IMG/VR virus record: IMGVR_UViG_3300014039_000029
Location: 64,001-74,610 of that record
Length of the DNA: 10,610 bases
Source: a virus
Lineage: Duplodnaviria > Heunggongvirae > Uroviricota > Caudoviricetes
Reading direction: 5' to 3' (one strand)
Shown here: positions 1 through 6,186 of the stretch, piece after piece
Layout: each line of letters opens with the position of its first letter
Numbering within the stretch: the first letter of the stretch is position 1
Program-made: the position numbers and the translations under genes
The notes under the pieces: generated by a model
The model's database searches: none
Told to the model about the DNA's origin: nothing
The model's input: only the letters and a program-made list of their open reading frames with translations

Positions 1-636
1 TTGGGTATCAACATTAGGTGTGCTTGCACCTAAGCCACTCTTATTCAGTCCTTTACCTCCTTCGAGTTGTGACCCCAATTGGTTCACACCAGCCTGCATC
101 AACGCATTTGACATGTTTTGCGCAGCTTGTGTCGTGGCTTGTGCCTTGTTCTCCTCAATCTGTTGTCTCTCTCGGCTCAACTGGCTCACGTTCTGCTGAT
201 GTTGGTCTGAAACCTGCTGCTTGCGTGCAGTGTCCTGCGCCGCCACGTTGGCTATCGTGTCACCCATCGCCTTGTTAGCGGCTTCCTTTGCCATCGCAGT
301 GGAAGCTGCGGTTCCACCACCAACCGCAGCGGCACCATCAGCCTTGCGTACGTAGTTGTCCTGCACCTCTTGCGCCTTTCTCATGAGGTTTTGACCTGCT
401 TTCGTGTCGAGGTAGTCTGTGTTAAACTCCTTGTCGAACCAAGCCTTCTCAGCGTTGGTGCGGTATCTATTCTCGGCTTGTGCCCTTCTAGCTGCCTTCT
501 TAGCCTTGTTGGCACCAAAGAGGGAAGACGCAACACTGCCAGCCAACATCGCAGCGGTGGCAATCCACTGCTTTTCGTTGCCCATAATTGGTGAATTTCC
601 AATCATTCGGGGTATTCTCTGTAAAATTTCGCTCAT
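1..636 (-). CDS. Probable internal virion / DNA ejection (pilot-type) protein, 3' end beyond window
   Basis: Open frame from ATG 636 to the window edge (212 codons, not in the ORF track): MSEILQRIPRMIGNSPIMGNEKQWIATAAMLAGSVASSLFGANKAKKAARRAQAEN...QQVSDQHQQNVSQLSRERQQIEENKAQATTQAAQ. Hydrophobic Gly/Ala/Ser N-terminal helix then Ala/Gln-rich coiled coil, as in podovirus ejection proteins. The real start could be a downstream ATG. Confidence 0.7.
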   Translation of the reverse strand, partial: MSEILQRIPRMIGNSPIMGNEKQWIATAAMLAGSVASSLFGANKAKKAARRAQAENRYRTNAEKAWFDKEFNTDYLDTKAGQNLMRKAQEVQDNYVRKADGAAAVGGGTAASTAMAKEAANKAMGDTIANVAAQDTARKQQVSDQHQQNVSQLSRERQQIEENKAQATTQAAQNMSNALMQAGVNQLGSQLEGGKGLNKSGLGASTPNVDTQ

Positions 637-663
637 AATTGCAATTATTTAATGATTTGGGGG

Positions 664-671
664 CAAATATA
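664..671 (-). promoter_or_regulatory. Possible Bacteroidota -7 box for the leftward virion gene
   Basis: CAAATATA = TATATTTG on minus (TAnnTTTG), 28 nt upstream of ATG 636, inside the palindrome CAAATAT-ata-ATATTTG; no -33 TTTG seen. Confidence 0.4.
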
Positions 672-757
672 TAATATTTGAAGTCCGCTTATTCCGTGTT
701 TCCGTGTCGTGATTTTTTACCATTAGCCCCCATTAGTGTGTTAGTCGGAGCGATTTT

Positions 758-796
758 GTTCCCAAAAGTATAAATTTGTGTTCTCAAAAGTATAAA
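758..796. repeat. 17-bp direct repeat, 22-bp period
   Basis: GTTCCCAAAAGTATAAA (758-774) and GTTCTCAAAAGTATAAA (780-796), 16/17 identical. Confidence 0.85.
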
Positions 797-1036
797 CGAG
801 GACGCTTATATGTAAAGATAATGTACTTTTGTAAAGAAAATACAAGTAACTGATTATTAAGATTTTAGTCCCAATCTTTCCCGAGGCAATATAAGGCAAA
901 GATGTAAAGATATTTCCGAATTGTCTTAATTTCGTGTTTTTCACTCGAAATAGGCTGTTTGCATATAATAGGTACGCACGTGCGCAAAGCTGTCTTTAAG
1001 AAGATTTAACCTTGCGTTCCTCCCATTCTTGATTGC

Positions 1037-1202
1037 TTTTGCAGTTAAGTCAAGTCATTTTCAGCGATTTTTGCGATTTTCGGGCAATTGGTCGGGTTTT
1101 CTCGCAAATTCGCGAGTTTTGAGCCCTTTTAATCCCATTTTTAGCCCATCTAGAGCCGATTTTGCCCTATTTTAGGGGCTTTCCCGATTTTGTGCAGGAT
1201 TT
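1037..1202. other. Helically phased T-tracts (predicted intrinsic bend)
   Basis: T3-T5 tracts start at 1037, 1058, 1068, 1077, 1097, 1117, 1127, 1138, 1160, 1170, 1180, 1188, 1200; gaps are about 10 or 20-22 bp. Confidence 0.75.
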
Positions 1203-1276
1203 ATCACCAATCTAGAAACAATGGTCTAGAGAGGATATTTCGAGGGGGATTGAAATAATAATGTGCTCTCTTGGAT

Positions 1277-1307
1277 AAGTCCGATACAAGTCCGATGTAA
1301 GTCCGAT
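1277..1307. repeat. Three AAGTCCGAT repeats at 11-bp period
   Basis: Exact 9-mers at 1277, 1288 and 1299; near copy AAGTCCGCT at 681. Confidence 0.85.
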
Positions 1308-1363
1308 GAAATGTGTCTTGGAGTATATGGAGGTATATTCAGGGGAGAGAGTGAAGAGAACCT

Positions 1364-1411
1364 TGGGGAGATAAGGGGGGCAGCGCCCCCAGCGGCTTGC
1401 GCCGCTCCCCA
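1364..1411. repeat. Three-way-junction GC-rich element, copy 1
   Basis: TGGGGAG-ATAAG-GGGGGC agc GCCCCC-A-GCGGC ttgc GCCGC-TCCCCA; homologous to 3016-3060 and 4487-4535; extra GGCttgcGCC hairpin at 1422-1431. Confidence 0.85.
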
Positions 1412-1432
1412 CGCCCGAGGAGGCTTGCGCCA

Positions 1433-1976
1433 TTATCTGATTTGTATCAGTAGATTTTCTGTTTCAGAAATTGGTACAAGATGCCTAAATAATGCTATTT
1501 GGCAATTACCATTACCCCATAATGATTGTGTTGCTCTACTAGAATAAGGCTCTACTCCTAGAATACGACAGATGCGGCTTACCAGTATTCCGTACATATC
1601 TTTAATACCCTCTTTTGAGAAATCAATATCAATAACAATAGATACAAGTTTGTTACTTTCAAAGATAAAACGAGCCTCGTTCACGTTATTAAAGGTATTC
1701 TTTCCCCCATGCAACTATCATAGAGTTTGCTCCAGTTTTGTCTATTGAATCCACATCAATATTAAGATGCTTAAATCTGGACCAACAAAAATCAAAAGAA
1801 TCACCGAGCATAAAGCCCATAACTCCACCAAATCGAATGCCATCTATTGGGTTAGAAGACTTTACAATTTTCTTTGCACTGCTAGGAGTAACTTTCTTTG
1901 TGCTTCTAGGTGTAAAGACAAATTTGAGAACGACAGCCAAAAGAACTACCGCACCGAAAAATAATAATACTGCCAT
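1433..1976 (-). pseudogene. N-terminally membrane-anchored protein split by one extra base (superinfection-exclusion / lysogenic-conversion candidate)
   Basis: ORFs 1689..1976 and 1433..1714 overlap at TGGGGGAAAG (C5 at 1704-1708 on plus). Deleting one G gives one 180-aa frame ...MIVAWGKNTFNNVNEARFIF...; N-terminus MAVLLFFGAVVLLAVVLKFVF is a TM/signal segment; starts 34 nt after the repressor stop. Confidence 0.6.
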
Positions 1977-2010
1977 AGATAAAATTGTTAAAGCGTTATT
2001 TTTATATTGT

Positions 2011-2334
2011 TTATCTCATTATAGTTTTTATTTCGTCAACTTGTTTCATAAACTCTTCAATACTATCAGCGGTATAATGAATTCCTTTGTAGCGGATATA
2101 TGCTGCAAAGTCGTTTCTACTCTCTTCAATATCCAGTTTAACTTCTTCGGGCGATACTAACAAATGCCATACTGGGACTTCTAAAGCGATAGCCAGTTTC
2201 TCAAGCGTAGCAGTTGTTAGCGATTCAGCCTTAACCATTTGCCCAACCGCTTGTTTTGTTACTCCCATTTTATCAGAAAGGGTTGTGTTAGTAAACCCTT
2301 TACTTGTCATTATTTCTTTTATTCTTAGTGTCAT
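2011..2334 (-). CDS. XRE/Cro-CI family HTH repressor (107 aa)
   Basis: LRIKEIMTSKGFTNTTLSDKMGVTKQAVGQMVKAESLTTATLEKLAIALEVPVWHLL fits the HTH_3 pattern; divergent from the early operon with operator-like repeats between. Confidence 0.9.
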   Translation of the reverse strand: MTLRIKEIMTSKGFTNTTLSDKMGVTKQAVGQMVKAESLTTATLEKLAIALEVPVWHLLVSPEEVKLDIEESRNDFAAYIRYKGIHYTADSIEEFMKQVDEIKTIMR

Positions 2335-2335
2335 A

Positions 2336-2469
2336 TAAACTATTTACTTTCTGTTAACGAGTGCAAAGATACACATTTATATATAAAGTAAAGTGGTTTC
2401 TTTACTTAAATAACGTTAAAGGAAAGTATTTTCTTGCCTAAATATTTGCAAGAGTAAAGTATTTACTTT
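2336..2469. promoter_or_regulatory. Four operator-like sites, consensus TAAAGTATTTACTTT
   Basis: TAAACTATTTACTTT 2336, TAAAGTGGTTTCTTT 2389, GAAAGTATTTTCTTG 2422, TAAAGTATTTACTTT 2455; core dyad AAAGTA-tt-TACTTT; last three spaced exactly 33 bp. Confidence 0.7.
2364..2371 (-). promoter_or_regulatory. Repressor promoter -7 box
   Basis: Minus strand TATCTTTGCACTCG (2371-2358), identical 14-mer to the rightward promoter; no consensus -33. Confidence 0.75.
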
Positions 2470-2476
2470 ATCTTTG
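2445..2476 (+). promoter_or_regulatory. Major early promoter
   Basis: TTTG 2445-2448, 20-nt spacer, TATCTTTG 2469-2476: perfect Bacteroidota sigma-A consensus. Confidence 0.9.
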
Positions 2477-2774
2477 CACTCGAAATCAAGTTACAACGAG
2501 ATTTCAAAGAGGAACGATGGCACGTTTAGCCCAATCACGTTTAACTACCTCTATAAAGTAATAGCTTAGTCGGGAAATGGGGAAGAGATAGAACTTCTAA
2601 AACATCAAAGGAAAATGCAACCCAGTTAGCGAGACACTGCCAAAACCGCAAAGACAAAGAAGTCTCAAACACTCTTCTAGGACGGAAGCAAACACCCAGT
2701 CGTGTTAGACTGGTTAAATATCGAAACACGTTGACCCACGAACGTTAAGAGAGGGAGCTAGGCTGCATATAGCT

Positions 2775-2811
2775 TGCAGACGTTGGGAGCAAACGTACAC
2801 CTGCACTTTTT
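2775..2811 (+). terminator. Possible leader terminator/attenuator
   Basis: TGCAG-ACGTT gggagca AACGT-acac-CTGCA followed by CTTTTT, 34 nt before the first early gene. Confidence 0.4.
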
Positions 2812-2845
2812 AAACTAGAAGTTTAACATTTAAAACAACAACAAC

Positions 2846-3010
2846 ATGAAGAAGTATTTAGTTATCAAGCAGTACAATGTAACAAAGAGTACTGATGTGT
2901 CGGGACAATTCGATAACAAGGAGGATGCAGACAATTTTGCAAAGCTATCTTTCACCGCACAATGTGAGAAAAGAATAGCTACATTTTGGGTATATGAAAT
3001 GAGTGAGTAA
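2846..3010 (+). CDS. Hypothetical early protein (54 aa)
   Basis: MKKYLVIKQYNVTKSTDVSGQFDNKEDADNFAKLSFTAQCEKRIATFWVYEMSE; A-rich leader; below ORF-track cutoff. Confidence 0.75.
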   Translation: MKKYLVIKQYNVTKSTDVSGQFDNKEDADNFAKLSFTAQCEKRIATFWVYEMSE

Positions 3011-3015
3011 CACCC

Positions 3016-3060
3016 TCGGGAGATAAGGGGGCAAGCCCCCAGGGCTTCGCCCTCCCCCGA
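3016..3060. repeat. Three-way-junction element, copy 2
   Basis: TCGGGAG-ATAA-GGGGGC aa GCCCCC-A-GGGC ttc GCCC-TCCCCCGA, 5 nt after stop 3010. Confidence 0.85.
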
Positions 3061-3079
3061 GCCTAACGGACACAAGACA

Positions 3080-3316
3080 ATGAAAGAATATTTAGTTATA
3101 GTAACGGACACCCATTTTATCAATGGGAAACTCATTAGAAATAGTTACGTGATGGACTCTTTTGAGACACACGATGAAGCGGTGAACGAACTGAAGAGAC
3201 TGGGATATATATTCAGTTATGATTACCAGCACTGGAGAAAGGATAAAGGAGACAAGACCTTTTATTTCGCAGCGATTCATCAAATGGATTATCCACAATG
3301 GATTTATAACTATTAA
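3080..3316 (+). CDS. Hypothetical early protein (78 aa)
   Basis: ORF track; MKEYLVIV...SFETHDEAVNEL resembles the 2846 protein. Confidence 0.75.
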   Translation: MKEYLVIVTDTHFINGKLIRNSYVMDSFETHDEAVNELKRLGYIFSYDYQHWRKDKGDKTFYFAAIHQMDYPQWIYNY

Positions 3317-3332
3317 TAAAGGAGGTCACATA

Positions 3333-3503
3333 ATGGAGAAGACAATAACACTAACAAGTGATGAGATACAGATAATCACCATCGCTTTAGACGATAGAAT
3401 ACCAACAATTCAAAGATACGAGAGAATGGGAGCATATCCCGAGCATTTCGCTAATTCCCTCATCGAAGAGATAAGAGCATTAAAGAACAAGTTAAACTAT
3501 TAA
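3333..3503 (+). CDS. Hypothetical early protein (56 aa)
   Basis: MEKTITLTSDEIQIITIALDD...; start moved from 3219 to ATG 3333 because AAGGAGGT lies at 3319-3326 and the longer frame overlaps the previous gene. Confidence 0.75.
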   Translation: MEKTITLTSDEIQIITIALDDRIPTIQRYERMGAYPEHFANSLIEEIRALKNKLNY

Positions 3504-3520
3504 TATAGGAGGTTAAGACT

Positions 3521-3706
3521 ATGGCAGTTAAAAGAAACTACAGAGAGGTTTACACATTGTTGCAGAACCTTAAGGAGGTACGAGGAGCGGAAGCACTTCT
3601 TGAAGAGTTGTCTAACGTTATGGCATCGGACGATATGGCGGATGCACTGGAAGATGTTGCAGACAACTGGGACATCGAAGTTAACGAGGACGGAAGTATT
3701 AACTAA
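3521..3706 (+). CDS. Acidic hypothetical protein (61 aa)
   Basis: AGGAGG at 3507-3512; 15 D/E vs 5 K/R. Confidence 0.75.
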   Translation: MAVKRNYREVYTLLQNLKEVRGAEALLEELSNVMASDDMADALEDVADNWDIEVNEDGSIN

Positions 3707-3724
3707 TCAATAGGAGGTAAGATA

Positions 3725-3844
3725 ATGATAAAGAACTTATCACAAGAAGAGGTTGCCACAATAAGAAGAGCCCTCAAGCATTTTCAGAACTGGCTAGGCA
3801 GTGGAGAGGAATCCACCCTAGACAACTTAGTAGAGAACTTTTAA
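3725..3844 (+). CDS. Hypothetical early protein (39 aa)
   Basis: MIKNLSQEEVATIRRALKHFQNWLGSGEESTLDNLVENF; AGGAGG at 3712-3717; fills the gap exactly. Confidence 0.65.
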   Translation: MIKNLSQEEVATIRRALKHFQNWLGSGEESTLDNLVENF

Positions 3845-3856
3845 AGATATACGACA

Positions 3857-4102
3857 ATGAGAAAGAACAAGACTTATGAGCAGCAGAAGAAATTCTATGA
3901 TGAGAGTAACGACTACGAATCATTAGGGGCTATCTTCTTGTACTGGCTAGATTGTGGCAACGCAACCGCAAAGCAGATGCAGGAGACCTACAGAGAGGGC
4001 ACAAGAGAGTGCAAGGAGTTTATCTTTGAGGACTTGTACCACCTTTGCGACAGAGAAACCTTATACCAGTTTGTTAGAATCTTCAACTTTGGCAAGATGT
4101 AA
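3857..4102 (+). CDS. Hypothetical early protein (81 aa)
   Basis: ORF track; ACGACAATG start context shared with other genes; operon packing. Confidence 0.75.
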   Translation: MRKNKTYEQQKKFYDESNDYESLGAIFLYWLDCGNATAKQMQETYREGTRECKEFIFEDLYHLCDRETLYQFVRIFNFGKM

Positions 4103-4110
4103 ATCAAGGA

Positions 4111-4161
4111 GCGGTCAGCGAATAGAGGAGCACTTCACGTTCAAGCCGTGAGACCGCACAA
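4111..4161 (+). ncRNA. tRNA-top-half-like structured element, copy 1 (putative)
   Basis: GCGGTC(4111-16)...TCACG TTCAAGC CGTGA GACCGC ACAA: 5-bp stem with a 7-nt T-loop stacked directly on a 6-bp closing stem. Confidence 0.55.
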
Positions 4162-4191
4162 GTAATAACAATTTAAAAGAAAGGAACAACA

Positions 4192-4374
4192 ATGAAGAAA
4201 ATTCAGCTAAGACACCGCATCCAACTTGGCGATTACAAGTGTATGGACTTGTGGGACGGGGAAGTTTGGGTGGACGATTACACATCGCAGCAGGGAGAGT
4301 TGACACAATTCTACAGAGGCGGCTACACTTTGTTTATGCTAGCTAAGTGTGAATACAGATACATTAACCAGTAA
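4192..4374 (+). CDS. Hypothetical early protein (60 aa)
   Basis: ORF track; AGAAAGGA at 4178-4185. Confidence 0.7.
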   Translation: MKKIQLRHRIQLGDYKCMDLWDGEVWVDDYTSQQGELTQFYRGGYTLFMLAKCEYRYINQ

Positions 4375-4389
4375 TGGAGGGCAAGTGAT

Positions 4390-4479
4390 ATGGATATTGC
4401 ACCTTATGTATTCGGAATGCTTTTCGGCATCCTGCTAGGAATTGGAATTGAAAAGGCAAAAGCTTTGCCTGATGAGTAA
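4390..4479 (+). CDS. Small membrane peptide (29 aa)
   Basis: MDIAPYVFGMLFGILLGIGIEKAKALPDE; GGAGG at 4376-4380; fills the gap before repeat copy 3. Confidence 0.55.
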   Translation: MDIAPYVFGMLFGILLGIGIEKAKALPDE

Positions 4480-4486
4480 TAAACCA

Positions 4487-4535
4487 GTGGGGAGATAAGG
4501 GGGCACTGCCCCCAGTGGCTTGCGCCACTCCCCAC
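4487..4535. repeat. Three-way-junction element, copy 3
   Basis: GTGGGGAG-ATAA-GGGGGC act GCCCCC-A-GTGGC ttgc GCCAC-TCCCCAC, 7 nt after stop 4479. Confidence 0.85.
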
Positions 4536-4554
4536 GCAAACAATACAGAGCAAC

Positions 4555-4821
4555 ATGAAGAAGAAATCACCAAAGATGATTAACGAGCAGTTAAATCGTA
4601 TATGGGACTACTATATGAAGAAGTCTTGGCAAAATGGTGCTCCATCAAAAGAAGAGCGCAAAAAAGTAAGCGCAAGATTAAATGTGCTTAGAAAGATTGC
4701 TTGGACTTGGATAGATAACATATACGATTTGGAAGGTGTTGATAAATATGGCGACACAATCGCTTCAAACAGAGTTTGGGCGAATGCTTATCACACTAAG
4801 GTAGAGTACATGAACAATTAA
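4555..4821 (+). CDS. Basic, Trp-rich hypothetical protein (88 aa)
   Basis: ORF track; operon position. Confidence 0.75.
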   Translation: MKKKSPKMINEQLNRIWDYYMKKSWQNGAPSKEERKKVSARLNVLRKIAWTWIDNIYDLEGVDKYGDTIASNRVWANAYHTKVEYMNN

Positions 4822-4833
4822 AACAGAACGACA

Positions 4834-4992
4834 ATGAAGAAAAAAGATTTACTCATGTTAGATTACTTGCTGACAAGATTACTTCTAGACGAAGGACAAA
4901 TCGAAATTTCCAAATATGGTTTTTCCATTTTGGCTAAGGCGCAAAAGGTAGTATCAAGTTATATCATTAACAATAAATACGGAGCAATATGA
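4834..4992 (+). CDS. Hypothetical early protein (52 aa)
   Basis: MKKKDLLMLDYLLTRLLLDEGQIEISKYGFSILAKAQKVVSSYIINNKYGAI; ACGACAATG start, ATGA overlap with next gene. Confidence 0.65.
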   Translation: MKKKDLLMLDYLLTRLLLDEGQIEISKYGFSILAKAQKVVSSYIINNKYGAI

Positions 4993-5174
4993 ACAAAGTA
5001 ACAATGGAACTTACAGACAAGGAGTTTAACGCAATATCGGAACTCCTTGCGGCATTCTCAGTACAGAAATACAAGAAAGCAGTTGGCGACCATACAATAA
5101 CTGCATCATATATAGAAGTTAGCAACGATGTTGCTAGAGTTTTGAACAGACTAGACAAGAAGATTAATTCATAA
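4989..5174 (+). CDS. Hypothetical early protein (61 aa)
   Basis: ORF track; ATGA coupling. Confidence 0.7.
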   Translation: MNKVTMELTDKEFNAISELLAAFSVQKYKKAVGDHTITASYIEVSNDVARVLNRLDKKINS

Positions 5175-5178
5175 GACT

Positions 5179-5511
5179 ATGAAGAAGAATATTAAGAAGA
5201 ATGTGTTAGCGGTTGCGATAGCAGCCATGACAATCGGAATCCCTTACGCATGCGCACGCACGTACGAGAGCGGTCAGATGGAACGAGCATACTTAATGGA
5301 TTTCATCCAGTATTGCAAGACTTGCGAGAATCTTCGCCAAGTGAACCCAGCCAAGGACTACACCAAGGCAAGCCTTCACGAATTGAAGAGCGCAGCACGT
5401 TTCTATGTGGAGCAATACGATTTTGCAGACTGCACCGACTATGAGAATCAATCAGAGATAGATAACATTATCGGCAGAACTTATTCTGCAAGAATCATCA
5501 ATAACAAGTAA
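5179..5511 (+). CDS. Hypothetical protein with N-terminal signal/anchor (110 aa)
   Basis: MKKNIKKNVLAVAIAAMTIGIPYACA: basic n-region plus hydrophobic h-region; CxxC (CKTC). Confidence 0.75.
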   Translation: MKKNIKKNVLAVAIAAMTIGIPYACARTYESGQMERAYLMDFIQYCKTCENLRQVNPAKDYTKASLHELKSAARFYVEQYDFADCTDYENQSEIDNIIGRTYSARIINNK

Positions 5512-5541
5512 CGAACAATTTAAACTATAGGAGATAAGATT

Positions 5542-6183
5542 ATGAAGACAATAGCAGTAGGAAATTTTGTAGGTTTTGAGATAACAACCATTCAAGAGGT
5601 AGTAAAGGCGCAAGCTTGTGGGCTGGTTATCACAGACAAGGACGGAGGTGATTACCATTACGAGTTTGAGGACGAGGACGAGAACGGAGATGTGTTCGAC
5701 AGAGAGCCAACCGACAAAGAGGTGTTTGATAGAATTGCCGAAGACATAGCGAACGGACACACTTTAGTAGCAGGTTTTTGGCTAGACACGGACAAAGTAC
5801 AAGTTGTGCCAAGGGCAGCTATAACCTTGCAGACCGACTTCCATATCGGTCAAGAGGTGTACGCAATGCGAAATAACAAGATTATTGAAGGTAAGATTGT
5901 GCACTTGTCTTTGACACGCTCAGCGGACAACAAAAAGTTACTTGCTGATTACAAGTCTCGCAGTTTAGGTGAAGATGTATTCCATATTGTAGCCAGTGGC
6001 ATTAACCATAACTTCACCAACTATTATTGTTTTGATAATAGAGGAATATTAGAGGACAAGCTAAAGCGAGCACTTAACGACAACCGAGTGTTGCTGCAAG
6101 TAGAGAATCAGTACATCGCTTATGGCTTTGATGAAATCTTCGCCACCAAGGAGGAACTTGTTAAACATTTGATGGAGGAATAA
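5542..6183 (+). CDS. Hypothetical two-part protein (213 aa): acidic N-terminal half, possible SH3/KOW-like C-terminal half
   Basis: ORF track; YEFEDEDENGDVFDREPTDKE acidic tract; TDFHIGQEVYAMRNNKIIEGKIV beta-barrel-like start. Confidence 0.75.
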   Translation: MKTIAVGNFVGFEITTIQEVVKAQACGLVITDKDGGDYHYEFEDEDENGDVFDREPTDKEVFDRIAEDIANGHTLVAGFWLDTDKVQVVPRAAITLQTDFHIGQEVYAMRNNKIIEGKIVHLSLTRSADNKKLLADYKSRSLGEDVFHIVASGINHNFTNYYCFDNRGILEDKLKRALNDNRVLLQVENQYIAYGFDEIFATKEELVKHLMEE

Positions 6184-6186
6184 GCT

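Noticed and set aside
18-652. ORF-track entries 18..278, 370..594, 381..602, 419..652
   Set aside because: Shadows or alternate frames of the long minus-strand ORF 1..636.
741-1547. ORFs 741..944, 1212..1433, 1263..1547
   Set aside because: Non-ATG or context-free starts, run through repeats and hairpins, no protein-like signal.
1535-1566. CTCTACT...AGAATA near-duplication
   Set aside because: Short, inside a CDS, likely chance or local slippage.
1704-1708. Programmed -1 frameshift at GGGGAAAG
   Set aside because: Required shift is +1 and the heptamer is out of register for X XXY YYZ.
1738-2160. Plus-strand 140-aa and 65-aa ORFs
   Set aside because: Antisense to the repressor and membrane gene; hydrophobicity mirrors the opposite strand.
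3219-3332. Long N-terminal version of the 3333 gene
   Set aside because: Overlaps the upstream CDS by ~100 nt; SD supports ATG 3333.
1364-4535. Junction repeats as CRISPR repeats, hammerhead ribozymes or terminators
   Set aside because: Spacing is 1.5-1.7 kb with genes between; no CUGAUGA/GAAA core; no U-tract on plus.
5245-5266. 22-nt alternating purine-pyrimidine run, similar to TACGCACGTGCGCA at 973-986
   Set aside because: Lies in coding sequence (YACARTY) and can be explained by codons; only two loose instances.
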